Virus record (IMG/VR): IMGVR_UViG_3300003267_000287
Location: 8,155-72,154 of that record
Length of the DNA: 64,000 nt
Origin: a virus
Reading direction: 5' to 3' (one strand)
The notes below the pieces were generated by a model. The model was not told where the DNA came from. It made no database searches and saw only the letters and a list, made by a program, of their open reading frames with translations. The stretch's first letter is position 1. Each line of letters opens with the position of its first letter. The position numbers and the translations under genes are program-made. This document shows, in pieces, positions 37,892 to 45,188 of this stretch.

Positions 37892-38251
37892 ATGAAGTAC
37901 GTCTACTCCGAGGGGGTGATCGCCCGATCCAGGAGGAACCCCAAGGTCCAGAGCGGTGAACTGCCGCTCATCACCCCCACGATCACCAGGGAAGAGTGGA
38001 TCCCCTGGCGATACTGGCTCTACCGAATCGCGAGAGCCTACTTCCACACGGTCATGCGATGGGTACCACCGTTGCGTGGCTGGATCGACCGCCGTTGGTG
38101 TACCGGTCTCGAGATCGCCCTGTATCGGCCGAACGACCATACGACGATCCCCATCGACCCCACGTTCATCCGCCCGGACCGCCGGGCTCGTTACGAGGAG
38201 TGGCTCCGTGACCGAGAAGCACGTTCTCCGGATCCTGGACCGAACGGGTGA
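37892..38251 (+). CDS. Hypothetical protein
   Basis: Intact ORF in the operon. Confidence 0.4.
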   Translation: MKYVYSEGVIARSRRNPKVQSGELPLITPTITREEWIPWRYWLYRIARAYFHTVMRWVPPLRGWIDRRWCTGLEIALYRPNDHTTIPIDPTFIRPDRRARYEEWLRDREARSPDPGPNG

Positions 38252-38441
38252 CACCGCTGTCGCCTGGACCCCCGGGACCAAGACCGAAGAGGACGAGGCT
38301 GAAAAGAAGTTCGACGAGATGGCGAAGCAGGGCTACCTGATGTTCGCCGTCGAAGCCCCGGGCAAGACCCCCGAGCAGGTCCGCAAGTTCGATCCGAAGG
38401 CATTCGAGATCGTCGCGGTCCCGCAGTTCCGTGGTGGCTGA
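38208..38441 (+). CDS. 77-aa protein ending in Gly-Gly
   Basis: GAGGAG RBS with GTG at 38208; ends FDPKAFEIVAVPQFRGG*. Confidence 0.7.
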   Translation: MTEKHVLRILDRTGDTAVAWTPGTKTEEDEAEKKFDEMAKQGYLMFAVEAPGKTPEQVRKFDPKAFEIVAVPQFRGG

Positions 38442-39255
38442 TCGCCTCCGGAAGGCACTCGGGCTCAAGACCGTGGAGGAGAAGTTCGAAGAAGCTCTCC
38501 AGGAGACCCAGCGGCAGGTCGAAGCGCTGGAAACGGCGCTTCGAGAAGCCGAGCTGATCCTCGCCCGCGCCCTGGGAGAAACCACGGACGACCGCGAGGA
38601 TTCCTTCTACGGAGCCGATCGCTGGGAGCGGGCCCGGCTCCGCGCTCGGACGAAGAAGAACGAGCTTGCCAATCTTCGGGCCGAGAAGCTGCTCCGTGAT
38701 CACCTGACCGAGGGTCAGGTCGCGGAGTGGAACCGGAATCGGCGGATCGCCGTGAAGGGCAAGACCATGCTCTACACGATCAAGGAGAACGGCCAGGTCT
38801 TCGCCAATCGGAAGTTCCTCTGCACCTACCCGACGGTCGCGATCCCTCCGGCCGACCAAGTCCTCGCCACCAAGCTCCTGATCGAAGGCAACGAAGAGGA
38901 GTTCCTCGAGAACGCCAACCCCGACAGCTCGTACAGCAAGCGATTGACCGTCGACGGCGAGCTCGTGCGTCGTGAGTACAAATTCCGCGATTCCACCTTG
39001 CTGTTCAACCCCAACGGCTACTTCACCCCGGACATGTACCGCCAGTACGCCAACGATCTGCGCCAGATCTATGGCGTGGGCACCGCCACCACCAACACCA
39101 CCATCAACACCACCACGACCACCACCCCGGGGACTGGCACGCTCTTCGCCACCAACGCCCAGATGACGGGTCTCCGACCCTACCTAGCGCCGACCGTCCG
39201 GACCAACGCGACCACCACCGAGATCGAGTTCACTGCCCGATACGAAGAAACCTAG
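38431..39255 (+). CDS. Coupled partner of the GG protein (coiled coil, Cys-containing domain, Thr-rich tail)
   Basis: Overlaps the GG codons; LCTYP...P..D.VLA.KL.IE.NEEEFLENAN. Confidence 0.65.
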   Translation: MVADRLRKALGLKTVEEKFEEALQETQRQVEALETALREAELILARALGETTDDREDSFYGADRWERARLRARTKKNELANLRAEKLLRDHLTEGQVAEWNRNRRIAVKGKTMLYTIKENGQVFANRKFLCTYPTVAIPPADQVLATKLLIEGNEEEFLENANPDSSYSKRLTVDGELVRREYKFRDSTLLFNPNGYFTPDMYRQYANDLRQIYGVGTATTNTTINTTTTTTPGTGTLFATNAQMTGLRPYLAPTVRTNATTTEIEFTARYEET

Positions 39256-39256
39256 C

Positions 39257-39284
39257 TTGACAGGTGTTCCACACCTGGTACCAT
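39257..39284 (+). promoter_or_regulatory. tRNA-operon promoter with operator
   Basis: TTGACA-16-TACCAT; CAGGTGT-TCC-ACACCTG inverted repeat across the spacer. Confidence 0.65.
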
Positions 39285-39290
39285 CGGAGC

Positions 39291-39372
39291 GCGGCCGGTC
39301 GTAGTCGCGTTGGGAAGCACCCCCCGGGCCTCCCAGCGAGGGGCACGCGCGCTCTCTTGGACTCCCGGCCGC
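39291..39372 (+). ncRNA. Candidate structured small RNA
   Basis: Begins at the expected start site; GCGGCCGG/CCGGCCGC closing stem; inner hairpin with C-rich loop. Confidence 0.4.
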
Positions 39373-39490
39373 ACTTCCTAGAGGATCTTCCGATGAAGAA
39401 GGAGCAACAGATGTTCAAGCGATAGGACGGCCCGCACGACAGGCCGTCTGAAGATGACGGCCCGGAGCCGTCCCGCGAAGGGACATCTGA

Positions 39491-39649
39491 TTGGCGAAGA
39501 AGCCCCGCTCGCCGTACGTTGACGAGCTGCGGGACAAGAACAACATCAGCATCGAAAACCACATCGAGATGACCAATCGGCTGGTCAAGGCCGGTCACCA
39601 GGGGATTCACAATCGCCCGGGCCCGCCGAAGCCGAAGAAGTCGGGGTAG
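39491..39649 (+). CDS. 52-aa basic peptide overlapping the 5' end of tRNA-Val
   Basis: TTG start; MAKKPRSPYVDELRDKNN...KKSG*; high-GC3 codons. Confidence 0.45.
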   Translation: MAKKPRSPYVDELRDKNNISIENHIEMTNRLVKAGHQGIHNRPGPPKPKKSG

Positions 39650-39714
39650 CTCAGCGGAAGAGCATCTGGTCGACATCCAGAAGGTCCCAGGTTCAATCCC
39701 TGGTCCCGACACCA
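39640..39714 (+). tRNA. tRNA-Val(GAC)
   Basis: Cloverleaf, anticodon loop TCGACAT, CCA end. Confidence 0.9.
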
Positions 39715-39717
39715 TCT

Positions 39718-39793
39718 GCCGAAGTAGCTCAGCTGGTAGAGCATCGCTTTCGTAAAGCGGCGGTCGTCGGTTCGAGTCCGACCTTCGGCTCCA
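39718..39793 (+). tRNA. tRNA-Thr(CGT)
   Basis: Cloverleaf, loop TTCGTAA, CCA end. Confidence 0.95.
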
Positions 39794-39795
39794 AG

Positions 39796-39869
39796 TGGGG
39801 AGTGGCCAAGAGGTACGGCGCCACGCTTTGGACGTGGGATCGAAGGTTCGAGTCCTTCCTCCCCAGCCA
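39796..39869 (+). tRNA. tRNA-Gln(TTG)
   Basis: U1-A72 pair, loop CTTTGGA, GCCA end. Confidence 0.95.
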
Positions 39870-39877
39870 CATTAGAA

Positions 39878-39974
39878 CCGGACGGACAAGGCTTTGGCAG
39901 GTGATCACCGAGTGGGACGTGACCATGAACACGGGCAGCTCGGGCCTAGTCCTGGTGGGTAGCGAGTGGTCCGG
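39878..39974 (+). ncRNA. Candidate structured RNA between tRNA-Gln and tRNA-fMet
   Basis: CCGGAC/GTCCGG closure and long irregular stem with G-U pairs. Confidence 0.35.
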
Positions 39975-39979
39975 ATCAT

Positions 39980-40058
39980 CGCAGCGTAGAGGAGTCTGGT
40001 TGTCCTCGTCGGGCTCATAACCCGAAGATCGCGGGTTCGAATCCCGCCGCTGCAACCA
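39980..40058 (+). tRNA. Initiator tRNA-fMet(CAT)
   Basis: C1:A72 mismatch, GGG/CCC anticodon stem, loop CTCATAA. Confidence 0.95.
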
Positions 40059-40060
40059 AC

Positions 40061-40136
40061 CCGCCCGTGGCTCAGTGGATAGAGCATCGGGTTCCGGACC
40101 CGAAGATCGCAGGTTCGAGTCCTGTCGGGCGGGCCA
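40061..40136 (+). tRNA. tRNA-Arg(CCG)
   Basis: Cloverleaf, loop TTCCGGA, GCCA end. Confidence 0.95.
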
Positions 40137-40137
40137 A

Positions 40138-40212
40138 GGGCCGGTAGCTCAACGGTAGAGCAAGGGTCTCTTAAACCCTAGGTTGAGGGTTCGAGCCCCT
40201 CCCGGCTCACCA
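40138..40212 (+). tRNA. tRNA-Lys(CTT)
   Basis: Cloverleaf, loop CTCTTAA, ACCA end. Confidence 0.95.
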
Positions 40213-40292
40213 CATACCCTCCGCATCGGGCCTGATCGGAGGTACGAGACGGTGGTACTTCTTGCGAGGATGTGCCACCGTCTCGGCTCGTT

Positions 40293-40368
40293 CGGGGTGT
40301 AGCTCAGCTGGAAGAGCGTCTGCTTTGGGAGCAGAAGGTCGCCGGTTCGAACCCGGCTTCCCCGACCA
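40293..40368 (+). tRNA. tRNA-Pro(TGG)
   Basis: C1-G72 pair, loop TTTGGGA, ACCA end; one U:U in the acceptor stem. Confidence 0.9.
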
Positions 40369-40376
40369 ACATCTTC

Positions 40377-40425
40377 CGAAAAACCCCCTGTTGCGGACCC
40401 GGGAGGCCGCTTCAGGGGGTTTTCG
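40377..40425 (+). terminator. Terminator after the tRNA array (possibly bidirectional)
   Basis: AAAACCCCCTG...CAGGGGGTTTT. Confidence 0.65.
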
Positions 40426-40569
40426 CACGCTAGCACTTCCACTGGTTGACTGCAAGTGGTACCATGATGTTCGTCATGTGGCCGTCCCCCCGGGCGTGTG
40501 ACATGGGGAGTTCGTCTGGAGGGTCCGGTTCAGGCAGGGGCCGGACCCTTCAGTCTGTCAAGGAGAGAG

Positions 40570-40707
40570 ATGGACAAGACCGCGAAGCCGCCGATCACCA
40601 ACGTTGGCCCAGATCGTCAGGCCGATGCCAAGCAGCTCACTCGGGAGCACGCCGAGAAGACCGCCAAGTGGATCAAGGGAACGGTTCAGCCCACTGAGAA
40701 GAAGTAA
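40570..40707 (+). CDS. Small hypothetical protein
   Basis: AAGGAG RBS. Confidence 0.45.
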   Translation: MDKTAKPPITNVGPDRQADAKQLTREHAEKTAKWIKGTVQPTEKK

Positions 40708-41108
40708 TGGGCGTTTCGCTGTTCTCCGCCCCGGTCTCGGGAACAGCGGACGATCTTCCGGTCTTGATCCTCGGGATCGAGAGCGGGGTCGATCAGAACG
40801 GCACCACATCGTCGTGGTTCTCGAACGCGCTCTGCGTGAACGACGAAGGGCGACTCAAGTTCGTCCGGATGACCCAGATCCAATTGGATTGGCGCTATGA
40901 CTGGAGGACCCACAGCTGGATCGACACCGGAGACATGAATGGCGACACGCAAGACCCTTCCACTGATGGGAGTCCGGGTGTTCCGGGACTCCTTTCCCAA
41001 TCTGACCGAGTCGGTCCGAGTGATCCGTTCGACCCGGAAGGGCGAGAAGCCCCAGGAGATCTTGGGGGTCTGGACACCCGAGAAGAAGGCCCAGGAGAAG
41101 ACCGCTGA
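40707..41108 (+). CDS. Hypothetical protein
   Basis: TAATG overlap with the upstream gene. Confidence 0.5.
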   Translation: MGVSLFSAPVSGTADDLPVLILGIESGVDQNGTTSSWFSNALCVNDEGRLKFVRMTQIQLDWRYDWRTHSWIDTGDMNGDTQDPSTDGSPGVPGLLSQSDRVGPSDPFDPEGREAPGDLGGLDTREEGPGEDR

Positions 41109-41115
41109 TGTCTGA
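40939..41115 (+). CDS. Overlapping 58-aa Phd-like ORF (not in the ORF track)
   Basis: GGAG RBS; MGVRVFRDSFPNLTESVRVIR...ILGVWTP aligns with 35901..36119. Confidence 0.55.
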   Translation: MATRKTLPLMGVRVFRDSFPNLTESVRVIRSTRKGEKPQEILGVWTPEKKAQEKTADV

Positions 41116-41308
41116 AGATGGCGAAGTCGTCGCGTCCTTCCTCGTTCGAGTCAACCTCCGCGCCCAGCCCGGCAAGTCGGTCAAGATCCCGACCAACGCC
41201 CGCCTCGAGGACCTGATCAAGCAGGCGGTCGAGGACGAGAGTCTCGAGGGCGGGATGGGCGACTACACGATCAGCGCCTCGGTCAGCTCGGAGCGCCTCG
41301 ACAAGTGA
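41108..41308 (+). CDS. Hypothetical protein
   Basis: AGGAG RBS. Confidence 0.5.
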   Translation: MSEDGEVVASFLVRVNLRAQPGKSVKIPTNARLEDLIKQAVEDESLEGGMGDYTISASVSSERLDK

Positions 41309-41508
41309 CCGATCGGAAGGTCGTCGTCGGCCGGATCGAGCAGCTCGAGGGCCGACGGGTTCTCATGCCACTCGACAAGAAGGTTGAGGTAACGAACTAC
41401 CAGAAGAAGGTCGCTGCCCTGATTGCCGCGGCGTACGTGTACAAGGCCGAGCACACGGTGGCATCAATTGAGCGCCTGAAGCGGTGCGCCGAGGATCTTC
41501 CAGACTGA
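41305..41508 (+). CDS. Hypothetical protein
   Basis: GTGA overlap. Confidence 0.45.
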   Translation: MTDRKVVVGRIEQLEGRRVLMPLDKKVEVTNYQKKVAALIAAAYVYKAEHTVASIERLKRCAEDLPD

Positions 41509-41515
41509 AATCCTC

Positions 41516-41543
41516 TTGAAACGCACAGTGTGCGTGTTATCGT
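41516..41543 (+). promoter_or_regulatory. Candidate late promoter
   Basis: TTGAAA-16-TATCGT; ACGCAC-AGT-GTGCGT palindrome in the spacer. Confidence 0.45.
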
Positions 41544-41609
41544 TCGGCCGGAACTGAATACGCACCGCACAGTCGGTTTCCACCCGTAGGCCCGACCTGT
41601 GCAATCCCG

Positions 41610-41648
41610 AACGGACGGGACAGCTGAGGGGCTGTCTCGTCCGTTTTT
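41610..41648 (+). terminator. Intrinsic terminator in the late-operon leader
   Basis: 14-bp stem ACGGACGGGACAGC/GCTGTCTCGTCCGT followed by a T run. Confidence 0.75.
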
Positions 41649-41669
41649 GGTGTGTCTGGAGGGTCTATC

Positions 41670-42032
41670 GTGCGACACGCCACCACAGTCCGGACGGCAT
41701 TCGAGGCCGGACACTCGGTGGACGGACATTCGATGTGCGGGTGGGTGGGACATGGTCATCACTGGGAAGTCGAGGTCACCGTTGCGGGGGGCTTGGATCC
41801 CAAGAAGGTCTTGGTGGTGGACCACGGCGAGCTTGCCGAAGCGGTCCGCCGAATCGGTCAGGAACTTGATGGCCACAGCCTCAACGACATGCTCCCCGGA
41901 GTCGTCTCCACGCCCGAAGGCGTGGGACTCTATTTCAAGGAACGACTAATCCTCGACTGGCCGCTCATCAGCGCGATCCGCGTCGCGATGACGCCGAACA
42001 TCAACGTCACGATCACGATGGAGACCAGATGA
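41670..42032 (+). CDS. queD: QueD/PTPS-like T-fold protein
   Basis: F.AGH, C....HGH.W.VEV.V.G, VVD, LD...LND and TPE motifs. Confidence 0.75.
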   Translation: MRHATTVRTAFEAGHSVDGHSMCGWVGHGHHWEVEVTVAGGLDPKKVLVVDHGELAEAVRRIGQELDGHSLNDMLPGVVSTPEGVGLYFKERLILDWPLISAIRVAMTPNINVTITMETR

Positions 42033-42244
42033 GCGTCGTCTTCACCTGTGAATGCGGTCGGCGGACCACCGAGCCGTACATCATCAGGAACGTGAAGATG
42101 TGCGTGATCTGTGCGGACGAGATCCGCCCGGAGGTTGTCGACAGCCGCGAGCGCTACTACCAGAAGCGCTACGGCACCCAGCTCAAGCACTCGCCGGGTT
42201 TCGAGGGAGCGAGCTTTGACCACGGCAAGCGCACTAGTCGTTGA
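42029..42244 (+). CDS. Small zinc-finger protein
   Basis: CECG...CVICA; ATGA overlap. Confidence 0.5.
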   Translation: MSVVFTCECGRRTTEPYIIRNVKMCVICADEIRPEVVDSRERYYQKRYGTQLKHSPGFEGASFDHGKRTSR

Positions 42245-42863
42245 GCCGATCTGGCTGTCGCCAGCGGTCATCAGTCCGAACCCGTGGAACCCGAACGTCA
42301 TGGATCCCGACATGCTCGAGTACGCCCGAGCGTCGATCCAGAAGTTTGGCTTCGTCGATCCGGTCACCTGCCGCCATCTGGGCGAGGACCTCTACCAGAT
42401 CATCGACGGCGAACACCGCTGGCGGATCGCCCAGGAGATGGGGCTCGAGCTCATCCCGGTGATGAACCTCGGGCCGCTCGCCGACTCGATCGCACAGCAG
42501 CTGACCATCGTCCTCAACGAGACTCGAGGGCAGGCCAATCCGGAGAAGCTGGGCCGCCTTCTCCGGGATCTGATGGCCGTCGAGACCAAGGAGTCCTTGC
42601 TCTCGACCCTGCCGTACACGCGAGAGGCGCTCGACCGGCTGACGGGTCTTCCGTCCATGACGTGGGAGGGGTTGGACCGCCCCCAGCGACCCACTCTTCC
42701 GGCCGAGCGCCCCTCCGCGTGGGTCGAGCGGACCTACCGAATGCCAAAGGAGTCGGCCGCCGTGATTGATCAGGCAATCGCCAAGGTCCGCGATGAGGAG
42801 CCCCAGGACGTGTCGGACTGGCAGGCGCTCGAGCTCATCGCGGCGGACTTCCTCGGAGGCTGA
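42216..42863 (+). CDS. ParB/Srx-domain protein
   Basis: PNPWNPN.M.....SI..FGF.DP.....IIDGEHRW...N..RG. Confidence 0.85.
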   Translation: MTTASALVVEPIWLSPAVISPNPWNPNVMDPDMLEYARASIQKFGFVDPVTCRHLGEDLYQIIDGEHRWRIAQEMGLELIPVMNLGPLADSIAQQLTIVLNETRGQANPEKLGRLLRDLMAVETKESLLSTLPYTREALDRLTGLPSMTWEGLDRPQRPTLPAERPSAWVERTYRMPKESAAVIDQAIAKVRDEEPQDVSDWQALELIAADFLGG

Positions 42864-42865
42864 CG

Positions 42866-43306
42866 TTGACCCGTTCGGAGTTCCAGCCGGGCCCTGCCCA
42901 GGATCACTATCACGACACGCTTGGAGTCAACGATTCGATCGGTGATGACGGCCGTCCGCTCTCGGTTGTCGTGGACGACGACGGCATCACCCGCGTGTCC
43001 GTGACCTCCCCAGGAACGCCGGACGACTACCTCGCCTGGCAGAGCGGTGCGGCCCAGTTGTCGATCTACACGAAGGACTGGGACGATGAGGGGAGTGCGT
43101 TCTCGGTCGTCAGCTTCGTCGACACCGGGTCGCCCCACACGGTCGCCGAGATCAGTACCGGTGGGGAGTTTTTCGTCCGCCCGACCGGCGAACACGAGCG
43201 CCCGATCCTGGAGGTCCGGGATCACGACAACAACAAGGTCTTCACCGTCGACGCTGACGGCACGGTCCACATCAAGACCGGCACGAGCATCGTGGCGGAT
43301 CTCTAG
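42866..43306 (+). CDS. Beta-rich protein with shared TRSEFQ.GPAQDHYHDTLGV leader
   Basis: Leader nearly identical to that of 45185..45733. Confidence 0.65.
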   Translation: MTRSEFQPGPAQDHYHDTLGVNDSIGDDGRPLSVVVDDDGITRVSVTSPGTPDDYLAWQSGAAQLSIYTKDWDDEGSAFSVVSFVDTGSPHTVAEISTGGEFFVRPTGEHERPILEVRDHDNNKVFTVDADGTVHIKTGTSIVADL

Positions 43307-43321
43307 GAGTGTGTACCTGCC

Positions 43322-43861
43322 GTGACCGTCCGCAAGCACGACTACCGCAACCTGGAACGCGAGTACATCACGACCGATATCAGCATCCGGGCCCTCTGCC
43401 GCAAGCATGGAATCAAGGGCTACAGCTCGGTCGCCCAGTTCGCTCGGGAGAACGGCTGGGAGGAGAAGCGAGCCCGGATCCAGGGCCGCGCCCAGGACAA
43501 GCTGACGGAACGGGTCTCGGACCAGATCGCGGAGGCTGAAGCCTCGCTCATCGAGACCGTTCGCTCGGAGTGGATCACGGTCATCCGGGCCGCGACCTAC
43601 AAGTTCGCCGAGGATCTGAAGGACCCGTCCTATCGGATCCGCGTCGACGACCTCATCCGCCTGATCGAGAAGGGCCTGGTCCTCCTCGGTGAACCGAGCG
43701 ATCGGACAGAGGAGCGCCATCTTGCACTCACCGGAACCCTCGAGGGACTGGGACCCGACTTCTTCCGACGACTGGCTGAAAGCACTCGACCCGTCAAGTC
43801 TGTCGGACCAGGATCGGGAGATCCTCCACAGCTGGGCGCTGAGAAGCCTCGCCCGAACTGA
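43322..43861 (+). CDS. Terminase small subunit
   Basis: N-terminal HTH (EYIT..ISIR.L..KHG...A..NGW), directly upstream of and overlapping TerL. Confidence 0.7.
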   Translation: MTVRKHDYRNLEREYITTDISIRALCRKHGIKGYSSVAQFARENGWEEKRARIQGRAQDKLTERVSDQIAEAEASLIETVRSEWITVIRAATYKFAEDLKDPSYRIRVDDLIRLIEKGLVLLGEPSDRTEERHLALTGTLEGLGPDFFRRLAESTRPVKSVGPGSGDPPQLGAEKPRPN

Positions 43862-45188
43862 CGTCTTCGCGTTCGGCGAGTACGTCTTCGGCTACGACGC
43901 CGCGGCCCACCATCGCGAGATGGTCGACGCGATCAACGCCGCCATCTCGACGCGGACCAACACGGTCATCCTCGAGCCCCGCGGTGGCGCGAAGACGACC
44001 TGGGGCAACACGATCAACCTCACCAAGCTGATCGCCGACAACCCCGACATCCGGATCGGCCTGGTCTCGAACACCGCCAAGCAGGCCAACGACTTCAGCC
44101 GGGCGATCCGCTGGACGCTCGAGTCGAACCCGAAGATGCACGAGGTCTACGGCAACCTCGTGTCGACCTCGAAGTGGACCGACGTCGAGTGGCTCCGGGC
44201 TGAGAGCCGCTGGCACGGCTCCAAGGACGTCACGCTGTACGCGGCGGGCGCAGGCGGCGCGATCATCTCGAAGCGATTCGACGTGATCCTGTGCGACGAC
44301 ATTCTCGACGAGGAGAACTGCGCCAACATTGAGCAGCGCGAGAAGATCGAGAACTGGTTCTTCAAGACGCTGATCCCGTGTCTCGTCCCAGATGGTGTGG
44401 TGATTGTTCTCGGCACCCGCTGGGCCGAAGAGGATCTGTACGAACGCCTGTCGACCCCGGTCGATCGCGGCGGCAAGGGCTGGCAGCTCCTGACCCGCAA
44501 GGCGCTCATCGAGCACCCCGACGGCGAGCTCGAGAGCTACTGGCCCGAGCACTGGCCGGTCGAGACGCTGCTCCAGAAGAAGATCGAGCTCGGGACGGCG
44601 CTCTTCTCGTGCGCCTACCAGAACGACATCTCGGGCCTGATGGCCGGGAACGTCTTCCGCAAGGAGTACTTCCAGTACTTCGACATGCTCGATCCGGACA
44701 AGAACTACACGATCCGGATGGGCGTCGACCTCGCCTCCTCAGAGAAGGAGCGGGCGGACTACACCGCGCGGGTCACGACGGCTGAGGACGACGAGGGCAA
44801 CTTCTACGTCCTATCGGTCGCGCGCGACAAGCGCGAGACGCACCACGCCGAGTTCGTGAACGACGGCTTCATGGCCTATCCGAACATGAACCTGGTGATC
44901 TGCGAGAGCCAGCAGTTCCAGTCGACCCTGATCCAGGAGGTCATGCGGGACTACCCGCGGATCCCGATCGAGGGCAAGAAGTCGGACGTCGACAAGGTGA
45001 CCCGGGCCCGGGCCGTCGCCGCCAAGTTCGAGGGCCACAAGATCTTCCTCCGCCGAACCCTCAAGGACTCCGACTTCGAGCGGGAGCTGCTGAGCTTCCC
45101 CAAGGGCCACGACGACATGGTCGACGCCCTCGGCTTCTCGATGGACCTTGGAGGCGGCGGCTTCATCTTCGGGAGCCTCCGCCGATGA
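43689..45188 (+). CDS. Terminase large subunit (start may be TTG 43722)
   Basis: PRGGAKTT, ILCDD, GTRW, YQN, GVDLA, DYTA, FPKGHDDMVDA. Confidence 0.92.
   Translation: MNRAIGQRSAILHSPEPSRDWDPTSSDDWLKALDPSSLSDQDREILHSWALRSLARTDVFAFGEYVFGYDAAAHHREMVDAINAAISTRTNTVILEPRGGAKTTWGNTINLTKLIADNPDIRIGLVSNTAKQANDFSRAIRWTLESNPKMHEVYGNLVSTSKWTDVEWLRAESRWHGSKDVTLYAAGAGGAIISKRFDVILCDDILDEENCANIEQREKIENWFFKTLIPCLVPDGVVIVLGTRWAEEDLYERLSTPVDRGGKGWQLLTRKALIEHPDGELESYWPEHWPVETLLQKKIELGTALFSCAYQNDISGLMAGNVFRKEYFQYFDMLDPDKNYTIRMGVDLASSEKERADYTARVTTAEDDEGNFYVLSVARDKRETHHAEFVNDGFMAYPNMNLVICESQQFQSTLIQEVMRDYPRIPIEGKKSDVDKVTRARAVAAKFEGHKIFLRRTLKDSDFERELLSFPKGHDDMVDALGFSMDLGGGGFIFGSLRR

Noticed and set aside
39420-39490. 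Hammerhead ribozyme suggested by CTGAAGA between two stems
   Set aside because: There is no GAAA after stem II and no UH directly before stem I
39878-39974. SRP RNA or tmRNA
   Set aside because: Lacks the SRP GNRA-capped helix 8 and any tRNA-like T-arm with CCA
41545-41610. preQ1 riboswitch upstream of queD
   Set aside because: No preQ1-I loop motif or A-rich tail recognisable
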